Source of the DNA: a virus
Taxonomy: Duplodnaviria; Caudoviricetes
DNA length: 57,610 nucleotides
Direction: 5' to 3' (one strand)
Virus record (IMG/VR): IMGVR_UViG_3300036832_001282
Span: 1-57,610 of that record
Positions 1 through 9,561 of this stretch are shown piece after piece; within the stretch, counting starts at the first letter, position 1; each line of letters starts with the position of its first letter. Under the pieces are notes generated by a model. The model had not been told where the DNA came from and made no database searches. It was given only the letters and a program-made list of their open reading frames with translations. A program made the position numbers and the translations under genes.

Positions 1-506
1 TGCCGCAGCGTGGCAGCACTGTCCTTGTCGTTGCGCATGTCGAGATCGGCGAACTCGGCAGCGAACCACGACAACGCATCCTTGTCGGCGTTATCGGTAT
101 TGGCCTTGGCCATGTCGAACGCAGGTGGATAGCATATGCGCCATTTCCGGTAGACATTGGCGTAACTCAGCGTCACGCCTTTGGTGTAGCCGATCGGTGC
201 AACGCCACGGTCTTCCCAGTTGTACTTGGCAATGACTGATTCATCGACCATGTCGCAGATCACCCGCTGCATATGATCTGGCAGCGATGTCGGCAGATCA
301 GGTGGCGTATAAGGCGGCGCATTGGAGTCCAATGCTTCCCACGTTTTCGGCCCGACGATGCCATCGGCGTCGAGGCCACGTGAACGCTGATAGACCCGCA
401 CTGCTTCGGTCAGCGCGCTGTCGAAGTAATAGACCGGCAGCAAGTCGAGCAGATCACGAACATCGGTGTTGCAGTCGCCTTCGGCAATCGTTGGCCGCTC
501 GGTCAT
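1..506 (-). CDS. Peptidoglycan-binding-domain protein, probable endolysin (3' truncated by window edge)
   Basis: Not in the ORF track; translated by hand from ATG at 506 after a GGAGG RBS: MTERPTIAEGDCNTDVRDLL...EAVRVYQRSRGLDADGIVGPKTWEAL (PG_binding_1-like signature). The frame stays open to base 1. Confidence 0.75.
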   Translation of the reverse strand, partial: MTERPTIAEGDCNTDVRDLLDLLPVYYFDSALTEAVRVYQRSRGLDADGIVGPKTWEALDSNAPPYTPPDLPTSLPDHMQRVICDMVDESVIAKYNWEDRGVAPIGYTKGVTLSYANVYRKWRICYPPAFDMAKANTDNADKDALSWFAAEFADLDMRNDKDSAATLR

Positions 507-526
507 ATTTGCCCCTCCAACAAACT

Positions 527-557
527 AAAAAAGAGGCTGGCACGTCAAGCCAGCCCC
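527..557 (-). terminator. Intrinsic terminator between Pro-rich gene and lysin
   Basis: Minus strand GGGGCTGGC-TTGACGT-GCCAGCCTC followed by TTTTTT; one G-U pair works only on the minus strand. Confidence 0.7.
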
Positions 558-569
558 GTCTTCGTTCAG

Positions 570-1313
570 TTAGTTCCTTGGTCCACCAGAGGGTGGCGGC
601 TCAACGATGGGATGCGTTGGCGCTGCCGGTGCCGGTGGCGGAACATCGATCAAGAACCAGACGCCGCCTTTACCGGGGATGTAGACAAACACCAAGTTCT
701 TGACCCCGCCCGGACCGGACTCACCGGGAAGGTAGATCGGCTGACTTGGAGTCATGCCGTTGCCTTCTTCGGGAGGCTCCGTGCCTGGAGGAATCGGGAT
801 CACGATCGGCGGCGTCGGGAACGGCTGATTGCCGCCGCCCCAGATGCCGGGAGGCGAGCCATTGCCACCGGGAGGCTGCGGCCAGATGCCGGGCGGAATC
901 GGATGTGAGACCCACGGAGGTGGGCCGCCAGGAGCCATCGGCGGCGTCGGGAACGGTTGATTGCCGCCGCCCCAGATGCCGGGAGGCGAGCCACTGCCGG
1001 GCGGCATATGGATCGGCGGCGTCGGGAACGGCTGATTGCCACCGCCCCAGATGCCGGGAGGCTGGCTACCGCCACCGGGCGGGAAGTAAATCGGCGGCGT
1101 CGGGAATGGTTGATTGCCGCCGCCCCAGATGCCAGGAGGCGAGCTACTGCCTGGAGGATTGGGCCAGACATTAGGCGGGATCGGATGGCTCACTCCCGGC
1201 GGCGGACCACCAGGTGCGATCGGATGCGCGGGCCAACCGGGCACACCGAAACCGGGATCAACCGGGCCACCACCGCCGCTGATAGGAACAATGTAGGCTA
1301 GGAAACCAGCCAT
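570..1313 (-). CDS. Pro/Gly-rich repeat protein, unknown function
   Basis: 247 aa with AGGAG RBS; four copies of PPGIWGGGNQPFPTPP; co-oriented with late genes. Confidence 0.75.
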   Translation of the reverse strand: MAGFLAYIVPISGGGGPVDPGFGVPGWPAHPIAPGGPPPGVSHPIPPNVWPNPPGSSSPPGIWGGGNQPFPTPPIYFPPGGGSQPPGIWGGGNQPFPTPPIHMPPGSGSPPGIWGGGNQPFPTPPMAPGGPPPWVSHPIPPGIWPQPPGGNGSPPGIWGGGNQPFPTPPIVIPIPPGTEPPEEGNGMTPSQPIYLPGESGPGGVKNLVFVYIPGKGGVWFLIDVPPPAPAAPTHPIVEPPPSGGPRN

Positions 1314-1409
1314 TTCTTTCTCCTCTCGGGTTGTCGTAAAACTTACAAACTAACTAAACGGCACCGCACCATAGCGACTCGCGGAGCCTGTGTCAGTGCC
1401 TGCTGAGAA

Positions 1410-1787
1410 TTAACGCGTCGTGCCATCGACGACAGTAGCGGTGCCTTCCCACAGTCGTTCCTGCAGGCCATTCGGCATCAGCCGCACAAGATCGGTCACA
1501 TAATCACCCGCTGCTAACCGGACCGATTTGTTGCGCTCGATGAAGATCGTGAACGCGCCCCCGACTGCATCAGTGATATAGATGCCGTCATCCGGCGACG
1601 AGAACGAAAAGACGGTCGCCTCGTGATCGCTTTCGCGTTTCCTGATTTCCAGTTTCAGCAGCGAGCCGGTAAGATCGATCGGCGTCTTGGTGCCGTCGTC
1701 GGCAATGGCGTTGTAGAGAAATGGCACCACCCAATCCTCATTCTTGGCGATGTTCATTTCACCCGTGTAGTATGCCGGACCAGCCAT
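1410..1787 (-). CDS. Small virion-associated protein (BppU N-terminal/Ig-like fold suspected)
   Basis: 125 aa with PIDLTG...LEIR and ITDAVGGAFTI patterns typical of baseplate-adaptor domains; adjacent to fibre genes. Confidence 0.5.
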   Translation of the reverse strand: MAGPAYYTGEMNIAKNEDWVVPFLYNAIADDGTKTPIDLTGSLLKLEIRKRESDHEATVFSFSSPDDGIYITDAVGGAFTIFIERNKSVRLAAGDYVTDLVRLMPNGLQERLWEGTATVVDGTTR

Positions 1788-1788
1788 G

Positions 1789-2400
1789 TCACGCCGCCTT
1801 CTTGACGCCCTTGAGCGTCTTGGCTTTCACGCCCTCAAACCGTGTATCAACATCGTCGTAGGTCAGGATCGTCGGCGAAGTCGAATTGAGATCGGCGATA
1901 CACTGTGCTTCGATGCTGCGGCAGGCTTCGACATGCGCATAAACCGCGTTATACATATCAATCGCTTCCTGCGCCGTGATCGCATAGTGAACGCCGTCCT
2001 GGGTGAAGTCGATGGCTGTCGCTGGATCAACCGACTGAGCATAGAGCGCCAGATTGGACAGCAGCGTCTGACTCGTTCGATCAGATTTTGCCGGTATCGT
2101 CCCGCTTGCGGCGTTGAATGAAATGCCAGCAGTAACAGAGTCGAAGCGAACCTGTGCCGCGTAGTCGATCAAGATCGCAGGCGTCTCGGTCGGCTGCGCA
2201 TAAGGACGGACATCGGGCGGCGGTAGCACGCCCGGATATGCAGACATATCAGGTGGTGGTGGCCCGACTTTCTCCAGAGTTTCTATTGGCTGATTATAGG
2301 GAACGATACGAGCGCCTGGATAAGCCGATGCAGGGACGGCCGCATCCGTATCATTATGAGTGGCGACAACGGCACCATTGGCGCAGTAAAGTAGCAGCAT
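1789..2400 (-). CDS. Tail fibre assembly/chaperone-like protein (DUF4376-like C-terminus)
   Basis: Directly downstream of a fibre gene; YAAQVRF...AGI...KSDRTSQ...HVEACRSIEA pattern. Confidence 0.55.
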   Translation of the reverse strand: MLLLYCANGAVVATHNDTDAAVPASAYPGARIVPYNQPIETLEKVGPPPPDMSAYPGVLPPPDVRPYAQPTETPAILIDYAAQVRFDSVTAGISFNAASGTIPAKSDRTSQTLLSNLALYAQSVDPATAIDFTQDGVHYAITAQEAIDMYNAVYAHVEACRSIEAQCIADLNSTSPTILTYDDVDTRFEGVKAKTLKGVKKAA

Positions 2401-2404
2401 GGGC

Positions 2405-3646
2405 TCACCCAGAGATCATAGAGTTTGAATTGCCGACGGTGTTCAGCGGCGGGGATAGGGCACCACTTGCCACGTTTACTCCGGGAATATTAACAGCGGA
2501 CCCTAAAGTAGCGTACACCGCAACCCCAGTGCCATTGTTCGCATAATAACCAGCGCCGCCAGCAGTCATCGCCGATCCGGCGGCCCATAATCCGTATTGT
2601 CCGTTGTTATAGCTTCTTAGAACAATGGCATGAGTAGAATAATAACTCTCAAATCCATTACGCGCATTGCCCTTGGCTGTTATATAACCATTCTTAATAG
2701 AAGTGCCGCATTGGCAGGTGAACCCGGAGCCATTGTTTGATGCGGCTATTGTGCCGTTCACAGTATTAGCAAGCACGTCACCCTGAAACTCATAGCCCCA
2801 AACACCAGTGCAACCGCTTACTGAAATCCACTGACCGTGCATCACCAAATACGCCTGATTGACCATGAGCCCAGCATTACCGCCGGTTCCATGGACGGCA
2901 ATATTACTGATAACCGGAAGTCCTGCGTTAAACAAAAGTAGCGGCCCCCAATCGTTGTCGTTAACAACTGAGCCGTCTCCGGTTATGAGAAGATTACTGA
3001 TACTAAAATCGTTGAGAACCACCATCGAGTGGCCATTGATGAAGTGCAATTCCGTGCCAAGGGTTGCCCGCAACATCGCTACGTGATTGTTGGCGTCCGC
3101 CAAATTGTAGCCGACGCCAGTGACCACAAAGCTTCCCTCGTTCGGAGCCGCTGCAATCAGCGGTGCGCCGGTAATGGCAATCTTGGATGAGTTGGGGTGC
3201 TCCAGAACCACGCTAGTGTTATAGACAAACTGCTGTGCCACACCGGAAGTCGCACCAGCAATCTGTAAAGTCACAAACCCGTTGCGGAGAATTTTGTACT
3301 TCGCAAGCCAGTTCATCGCCTCGTTAAGATCAGCAAACTTCGCGCCTGGACCATGCACCGTATACGTCACCGGATGATCGATGAAGTACTCAACATTAGT
3401 GATGAAACCCTCAATGGCCTTGCGCAGTTGCTGCAAGTCAGCATTGCTTGGCGCACCGCACGTCGCCCCGGAGAAGTCGAAGTATCCGCGCAGGTAGGCG
3501 CGATTGACGACCTCGACGATCTCGCGCTGGTCGAACTCGACTGCCCCGGCAGGGACGATGGAGCCTTCAATACCTGCGGCGGGAACGCCATCGATATAGG
3601 GCGCGTTCGGGTTGCTGGGCTGATCTGGCGGTCCGTTGTACAGCAT
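2405..3646 (-). CDS. Tail fibre/spike with beta-helix-like C-terminus
   Basis: N-terminal anchor GSIVPAGAVEFDQREIV...DLQQL as in fibres of Mu-like tails; C-terminal NNGxG repeats rich in N/G/A. Confidence 0.65.
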   Translation of the reverse strand: MLYNGPPDQPSNPNAPYIDGVPAAGIEGSIVPAGAVEFDQREIVEVVNRAYLRGYFDFSGATCGAPSNADLQQLRKAIEGFITNVEYFIDHPVTYTVHGPGAKFADLNEAMNWLAKYKILRNGFVTLQIAGATSGVAQQFVYNTSVVLEHPNSSKIAITGAPLIAAAPNEGSFVVTGVGYNLADANNHVAMLRATLGTELHFINGHSMVVLNDFSISNLLITGDGSVVNDNDWGPLLLFNAGLPVISNIAVHGTGGNAGLMVNQAYLVMHGQWISVSGCTGVWGYEFQGDVLANTVNGTIAASNNGSGFTCQCGTSIKNGYITAKGNARNGFESYYSTHAIVLRSYNNGQYGLWAAGSAMTAGGAGYYANNGTGVAVYATLGSAVNIPGVNVASGALSPPLNTVGNSNSMISG

Positions 3647-3659
3647 CGATTTATTCCCC

Positions 3660-4358
3660 TTACGAGATTGTCAGTTCGTCCCACTCGACGCCCATGGTGA
3701 ACTGCCACGGACCGCCAGCAGGCAGCGTCACTGTCACCACCAGACCTTCGTAGCGATCCAGCAATAACGAATGTTCACCCTGCAACCGCTCGAACAGGTT
3801 CATTCGCGACGAAGTAAACGGCTTAGCGGTGTCTGTCGGCGTGGCGAACACCTGACAATCCATCGGCGCGGCATCCAGGGTTCGCACACCGGGTGTCAGC
3901 GGTGCCGTGTTGGCGATCGTCATCATGGCGCGCGAGCCATGCATGCTGGTGCGCAACTGATTGTTCGGCGAGGTGAAGTTGGCTGAGATGCCGCCGCTGT
4001 CGAAGTTATTCCAGGCTCGTGCAGCGAACACCTTGAAGATAGCGACACCGCCGAGGAAGATGTTGTTGGCCCAGGCCGACATTCGAAGGCGGCGCACCGA
4101 GGCATAGTACGGGATCGGATCAGAAGTCCCCGGCCACATGAACGAGAAGATCGGCACATCGGTCAGCGCCGTCGAATTTGGCAGTATCCCGCTGGACGCG
4201 GTGAGCATGTACATGCCGCCACCGGCATATTCCAGCGGCAGCATCGACATCAGATGCATCGGCCGCTGCAAGGAGCCGTCGAGCGACGGCGACACGTCCT
4301 TCATGCGCACGTTGAACAGGTTGCCCAGCCCGTCTTTGATCTGTTTGTTGTCCATCAT
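3660..4358 (-). CDS. Hypothetical virion-associated protein
   Basis: 232 aa ORF with 4-nt overlap to the upstream gene, inside the tail cluster. Confidence 0.6.
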   Translation of the reverse strand: MMDNKQIKDGLGNLFNVRMKDVSPSLDGSLQRPMHLMSMLPLEYAGGGMYMLTASSGILPNSTALTDVPIFSFMWPGTSDPIPYYASVRRLRMSAWANNIFLGGVAIFKVFAARAWNNFDSGGISANFTSPNNQLRTSMHGSRAMMTIANTAPLTPGVRTLDAAPMDCQVFATPTDTAKPFTSSRMNLFERLQGEHSLLLDRYEGLVVTVTLPAGGPWQFTMGVEWDELTIS

Positions 4359-5509
4359 AACCTCGCGTTGGCGACGTAGTGGCCTGTGTAAAAGTGATTT
4401 GCAACAATCCCCGCACTACACAAAATATAGCCAATGCCGCTAGACCCGATCCAATTAGAGGTCAGCGCAGGCGTGGGTTGGCCACTAGCATCTTCCCAAA
4501 CACCAGTTGCTCCATTCTGCGGACGATACAAAGTCACAGTTGGGGCAGCGCGCATTTCCACAGTAAATCGGAAGCCAGGAAGATAGAGCCCAGACGCGTC
4601 AGCTAAAGCCACAAGCGCGCCACCGTATGCAGCAATTCCAGGCTTTTCCGTATACTGATAACTTTTGCAGTAGTAGCGTTTACACGCAGCCAGCTCCTCA
4701 TCGAACGGCCGCAACTGAAACGGCGGCGCGACGGCACCCGCGTAGAGACCGACATCGAATAGTTCGAACACGTTGCCGTTTGTTGCAAATAGATTGGATT
4801 GCGTGCTACTTCCAACGTAGTTGGTGCTACCCCAGGCTCCCGCAGGTCCGGCGTAAGTCGTTCCACACATCACGGAGAACATCAGATCAATAGCCGCGCT
4901 TGTATCCGTTGGCCATGTCCCAGTCGTCTCTGGAGGAACGGTGACAGACTTAACAACATCGACATTTGCCTCAGCAGCGGCAATTGTAAACTCTGCTGGA
5001 TAGCTTCTGGTAAGAACAGACCCATTGCGAAACACGACGGTATAAGTACCGGCTGGCGCTCTGACACCAAATTGACAAGTCATCTGCTTTGCTGCCGCCG
5101 TACCTAATCCCAGATTAATGACGCGCAGACCTTCAATCCGTGTAAACAGATGGCAATAATCACCCGCTGCTAGAGATGGCCGCGCAGTTGTTACTGTAAG
5201 ACGCAATCTATTGGGCGAACCTCCAGGCGTCGGACTGGCAACTCTGGATGCGGTAAATACAGAGCTAAGAGAACTGCCCGGCCCCCATTGATCGGCGATG
5301 ACGGCGGTCGCAGTCACTGGGCTTAACTGCGACTGATCAATCCACATCCCACCGTTGATGATGTAATTGAACGAACTGGTCGGCAGCACTGTCGTTGCTG
5401 AGATCGCGGCCCACTTCTCACCGTCCCATTTGTAGGTCGGCAAACCAGCGGTTGGTGTTGGCGGATATAACTGTCCAACGGTTGGCGAGGTTGGGAAATC
5501 TAAGTTCAT
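4355..5509 (-). CDS. Tail fibre/carbohydrate-binding-like protein
   Basis: N-terminal [13 protein letters not shown]...YKWDGEKW motif, NYIINGGM..Q domain start and ELAACKRYY motif, all common in phage fibre tips. Confidence 0.6.
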   Translation of the reverse strand: MNLDFPTSPTVGQLYPPTPTAGLPTYKWDGEKWAAISATTVLPTSSFNYIINGGMWIDQSQLSPVTATAVIADQWGPGSSLSSVFTASRVASPTPGGSPNRLRLTVTTARPSLAAGDYCHLFTRIEGLRVINLGLGTAAAKQMTCQFGVRAPAGTYTVVFRNGSVLTRSYPAEFTIAAAEANVDVVKSVTVPPETTGTWPTDTSAAIDLMFSVMCGTTYAGPAGAWGSTNYVGSSTQSNLFATNGNVFELFDVGLYAGAVAPPFQLRPFDEELAACKRYYCKSYQYTEKPGIAAYGGALVALADASGLYLPGFRFTVEMRAAPTVTLYRPQNGATGVWEDASGQPTPALTSNWIGSSGIGYILCSAGIVANHFYTGHYVANARL

Positions 5510-8463
5510 CGGCGGCGCTCCAGTGTCGCGATGCGCGCGTTCAGTTGCTTCACCGCATTGATGAGCGTGAAGATCAGCGACGTGGTGTCGAGGTCGCGAA
5601 TGTCGGTCACCGGCTCACCGTCGATGAAGCCCTTATGCTTGGTGACCATGTGGGGCAAAAGCGGCTCAACCTCCTGCGCAACGAGCCCAATAAATTCCTT
5701 GCCATCTTTCGCAGCTTGATAGTGGCCTGAGTTCTTATAGGGAACGACTGGTGTGTCTTTTGGCACTGGCTCGTCATAAATGGCATTGCTTGGCGGATCG
5801 GTGGTGTCGTTGCCCTTGAACGTGTACTTCACCGGCCGCAGTGCCAGGACTTCATCGAGCCCATGGGTGTATTCACCAATGACATTCTTGATGCGTTCGT
5901 CGGAGCTATCAGCCCAAGGGCCGCCGCCTGGCTTATAAGCCTGCCCACTAAATATTAAAACGCCATCACTGCGCCACATGGTGTTCGACGCATTTTGTAG
6001 TTGCATAGTATTATCGGCGGTTTGCACATACATAAGGCCTATGCGAGTGCCACTCGAATTGAGCCACTCGTAATGAACATTTCCTCCGGGTACTGCACCA
6101 TTATGAACCCATCCGCCGTTAATGACTACCTCGCTACCAAAGGTGGCTATAGAGGTAGCGCGAGTGATGGTCAGTGCGGTAGGAAGACCTCCACCAGTGT
6201 CATTACGAGGAGCGATAAGAAAGTTAGACCCGGCATTGGCTCCACTTTCGGCGGAACCGTCACCAAACACCATGATCCATCGTTCACTTCCGTTCGTCTT
6301 TCCGCTGAAGTTGTTGGAGTAACCAGACCCCGGTTTATCCAGCCATAATTCTGGGTGCCAAGCTGATGGTTTGATGCTGACACGGGTAGCAAGGGTGATC
6401 TGGCTATTAGGGACTACAGCGCGGTTGATCTGAATCGGAGTGTCGAGCCATGTCCCGTCATCGTTATATCTGGCGATACCAAAGTTAGACCCGGAGTTGC
6501 TTCCACTCTCAGTCGCGCTGTCGTTAACAACGACATTCCATCTGAGTAGACCGTTTTTGGTGCCAACAATATTTCCCTGCCCACCGCCATACGTGATAGC
6601 GGTAGCGCAGCCAGTGCCCCCACCACTCTGGACTACAAGCGAGCCCGTCATCGTGCCGCCGCTGATGGGTACAAATTGTGTTGGGTCATATGTTGGCACG
6701 TTGAGCGCCGACACCCATTGCGCTGAGTTGCCGTCGTTATAGCGCAGCCACAGATTACCGCTGTCGTTCTCCCACCAGAGACTTCCGTCTAATGCACTTG
6801 GTGGCGCGGTCGGGCTAACGATGACGCCAGCCCTGGCATCGACATACTGCTTGGGAGCGGCCTCAAGGTTTGCGGTTGGATTGCCTTGAAGTAACAGTTG
6901 CCCGGTCATCGTGTCACCGGCCTTCAGCACCCGCATATCGGAATACTGTTTGGTTGCTGCCTGCATCGGCTGGGTCGGATCGTTCGCCAGCACGATCGGG
7001 CCGGTCATGGTGCCGCCAGCAAGCGGCATGACTTTTTGCCATGCTGCGTTCACTCGCCCATAGGCAAACGAGTCGGACGGCGCGTCAATGATGCCGCCGC
7101 TGTGCCCATCGACGTATTGCTTCGTTGCCGCCTGCAACGGCTGCGTAGGGTCGGCTGCAAGCGTCAGCGCTCCGGTCATGGTATCGCCGGCCTTGACCAC
7201 TCGCAGATCGGCATATTGCTTGGTCGCAGCTTGAAGTGGCTGTGCCGGATCGGCAGCGAGAGTCAACGGCCCGGTCATGGCATCGCCAGCCTTGGCGATC
7301 TTGGCGTCGACTGTTTGTTTAGTTGCAGCTTCCAGCGGCTGCGTCGGATTAGCTGACAGCAGCAACGCGCCGGTCATCGTCCCGCCAGCAACTGGGAGAC
7401 CACGCTGCCAACTCGTATTCAATCGGCCATAGAGATAGCCATCGACCGGCGCTTCCGGCAGATTTCCTGGCGCATGCGCATCGACGTAAGCCTTGGTCGC
7501 AGCTTGCAACGGCTGCGTCGGATCACCTGACAGCACTAATGTGCCGGTCATCGTATCCCCGGCCTTGAGCACACGAGTGTCGGTGTATTGTTTAGTCGCC
7601 GCCTGCAACGGCTGGGTCGGATCGGCCTGCAGCGTTAACGCACCAGTCAGGTTGCCACCCGAGAGCGGCAGCACCCGCTGCCAGGACGAATTCAGGCGGC
7701 CGTAGCTGTACGAATCGATCGGCGCTTCAGGCAGATTTCCCGGCGCGTGGGCATCCACATACGCCTTGGTCGCAGCTTGCAATGGCGAGGTCGGATCGCC
7801 GGGAAGGATCAGCGCCCCGGTCATTGTATCGCCAGTCTTGGTCACCTTGCCGTCGACCATTTGCTTGGTCGCCGCCTGCAACGGCAACGTCGGATCACCG
7901 GGCAGCGTCAGCGCCCCCGACATGGTGTCGCCACTACGCAGCACACGAGCATCCACCATCTGCTTGGTTGCGGCTTGTAGCGGTTGCGTCGGGTCACCGG
8001 GTAAAGTCAATGCTCCGGTCATGGTGTCGCCAGTCAAGGCGACCTTGGCGTCCACCGTTCGCTTGGTGGCGGCTTGCAACGGCTGAGTCGGATCGGCCCA
8101 CAACGTCAGTGCACCCGTCATGGTCGCGCCAATCAACGGCACCACCTGATGCCACGCTGCATCGACGCGACCATAGGCTGAGCCGTCTACAGGGGCGTCA
8201 CCCAGGCCACCGGCCGGACCCTGCGGTCCCACCGGCCCTGGAACGCCTTGCGCCCCCGCAGGCCCCGTTTGCCCGGTACCTCCAGGCGGTCCCATCGGTC
8301 CTGCCGTGCCAGGAACACCCTGCGGCCCTACCGGCCCCTGCGGTCCTATCGGACCAGCCGGACCAACGGACGGAATCAACAACTCAACCGTTGGGTTGGC
8401 CGTATTGGAAGCCACCGTGATTCGTGGCGCTCCCAACGTTGTCGCGGTCACATGCTCGACCAT
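5506..8463 (-). CDS. Long tail fibre with collagen segment, internal repeats and C-terminal intramolecular chaperone (peptidase S74-like)
   Basis: Gly-X-Y run; 11 GxTMTGxLxLxxDPTxPLxAATKxxVD repeats; C-terminal SDERIKN...LRPVKY...IGLVAQEV...LINAVKQL. Confidence 0.85.
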   Translation of the reverse strand: MVEHVTATTLGAPRITVASNTANPTVELLIPSVGPAGPIGPQGPVGPQGVPGTAGPMGPPGGTGQTGPAGAQGVPGPVGPQGPAGGLGDAPVDGSAYGRVDAAWHQVVPLIGATMTGALTLWADPTQPLQAATKRTVDAKVALTGDTMTGALTLPGDPTQPLQAATKQMVDARVLRSGDTMSGALTLPGDPTLPLQAATKQMVDGKVTKTGDTMTGALILPGDPTSPLQAATKAYVDAHAPGNLPEAPIDSYSYGRLNSSWQRVLPLSGGNLTGALTLQADPTQPLQAATKQYTDTRVLKAGDTMTGTLVLSGDPTQPLQAATKAYVDAHAPGNLPEAPVDGYLYGRLNTSWQRGLPVAGGTMTGALLLSANPTQPLEAATKQTVDAKIAKAGDAMTGPLTLAADPAQPLQAATKQYADLRVVKAGDTMTGALTLAADPTQPLQAATKQYVDGHSGGIIDAPSDSFAYGRVNAAWQKVMPLAGGTMTGPIVLANDPTQPMQAATKQYSDMRVLKAGDTMTGQLLLQGNPTANLEAAPKQYVDARAGVIVSPTAPPSALDGSLWWENDSGNLWLRYNDGNSAQWVSALNVPTYDPTQFVPISGGTMTGSLVVQSGGGTGCATAITYGGGQGNIVGTKNGLLRWNVVVNDSATESGSNSGSNFGIARYNDDGTWLDTPIQINRAVVPNSQITLATRVSIKPSAWHPELWLDKPGSGYSNNFSGKTNGSERWIMVFGDGSAESGANAGSNFLIAPRNDTGGGLPTALTITRATSIATFGSEVVINGGWVHNGAVPGGNVHYEWLNSSGTRIGLMYVQTADNTMQLQNASNTMWRSDGVLIFSGQAYKPGGGPWADSSDERIKNVIGEYTHGLDEVLALRPVKYTFKGNDTTDPPSNAIYDEPVPKDTPVVPYKNSGHYQAAKDGKEFIGLVAQEVEPLLPHMVTKHKGFIDGEPVTDIRDLDTTSLIFTLINAVKQLNARIATLERRR
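6840..8200 (-). repeat. Coding tandem repeats of the tail fibre (~33-aa units, boundaries approximate)
   Basis: 11 near-identical units interspersed with 4 (D/E)APxDxxxYGRxxxxW motifs. Confidence 0.85.
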
Positions 8464-9560
8464 TACGGAATTCCTAGCGGCAGATATTGAGTGTTGATCG
8501 GTTGCGTGTAGTCCAGCGATTGATACGGTGAATAGTCGTACACGATTTTGGTGTGCGCAGGTTTATAGCGATTGAAAATACATTCAAGATCATCGGCGAT
8601 CCCGATGCGAAGTAAGCGGTCCACGCCAGTGCGGCTGGAATTGCAATGGAAGTAAATGAGCTTCTTAGCGTAGACTTGGATTGACCAGACATAACGCATT
8701 TCCGCCGGACCCAATCGCCAGCGGTAGCTGTCCGGCGCGAGTTTGTCGCTGCCACGCGTATCGCCGACACGGGATACACCACACATATACGGTGCGCGTT
8801 CAGTGATAACGATGCTGTAACCAAGCTCATCGGCCAATTCATAGAAGAACGCCCGTGATTGCGCACCCAACAGCGTCATCTTGGTGACGAGCGCCTTGCG
8901 TCGTCCCATCAAGTCGGTCGGCGGATCGATCAAACACGAATCAGGCAGTCCCCAGTTGCGTTCCCAGTCTGACAGCAATTCCGTCGTCAGACGCGGATCG
9001 GACTCGATTTCCAACAAGTCAGCGGCGCGACCATCAACGAAGCCCCAGTACTGCGCCAACCCGATCATGGTCCGGATCAAAATCGATTCCGGATCGCGCG
9101 ACCATGCTGCCCCGCGCGGCAGCAACGAGATCAGCGCCTGGGCATAATCATCTCCGGACCGGCGGACGTGCCGGTCATCATTAGCCGTGAGTGAATAAGT
9201 CGGCGGCTTTCTAGCCGTAATCGGCCGCAGGTTAGGGCGGCCAAAGTCCGGTGATCCGGTCGACAGATCGGTCGCAATCAGCGACGCCGTTGGCTTACCA
9301 AGAGTCGGCTGATCTAAACTAGGCGAGCCTGCAATCAGATCAGTCGGTGTCAGATGCGCAATGGATGAAGGCACCCCAGCGGTTGGCTGACCGAGAACCG
9401 GTGAAGCTGGCGTAAAGTTGTTGGCCACCAATATCGGAGCCAACGAATAAGATACACCGGCATTGGAAACGAAGTAGGTTTGACTGGTACCGATGTCAGT
9501 ACTGACAACCGATCCAAGCCCCGCCCGTGACGAAGTAACCGTCTGTGTTTTCGCCGCCAT
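8463..9560 (-). CDS. Baseplate protein, Mu gp48/YmfQ (DUF2313)-like, with N-terminal extension
   Basis: [17 protein letters not shown]...[14 protein letters not shown]...[13 protein letters not shown]. Confidence 0.8.
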   Translation of the reverse strand: MAAKTQTVTSSRAGLGSVVSTDIGTSQTYFVSNAGVSYSLAPILVANNFTPASPVLGQPTAGVPSSIAHLTPTDLIAGSPSLDQPTLGKPTASLIATDLSTGSPDFGRPNLRPITARKPPTYSLTANDDRHVRRSGDDYAQALISLLPRGAAWSRDPESILIRTMIGLAQYWGFVDGRAADLLEIESDPRLTTELLSDWERNWGLPDSCLIDPPTDLMGRRKALVTKMTLLGAQSRAFFYELADELGYSIVITERAPYMCGVSRVGDTRGSDKLAPDSYRWRLGPAEMRYVWSIQVYAKKLIYFHCNSSRTGVDRLLRIGIADDLECIFNRYKPAHTKIVYDYSPYQSLDYTQPINTQYLPLGIP

Positions 9561-9561
9561 G

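Noticed and set aside
2405-8463. Diversity-generating retroelement acting on fibre tips
   Set aside because: No reverse transcriptase and no adenine-specific template/variable repeat pair noticed.
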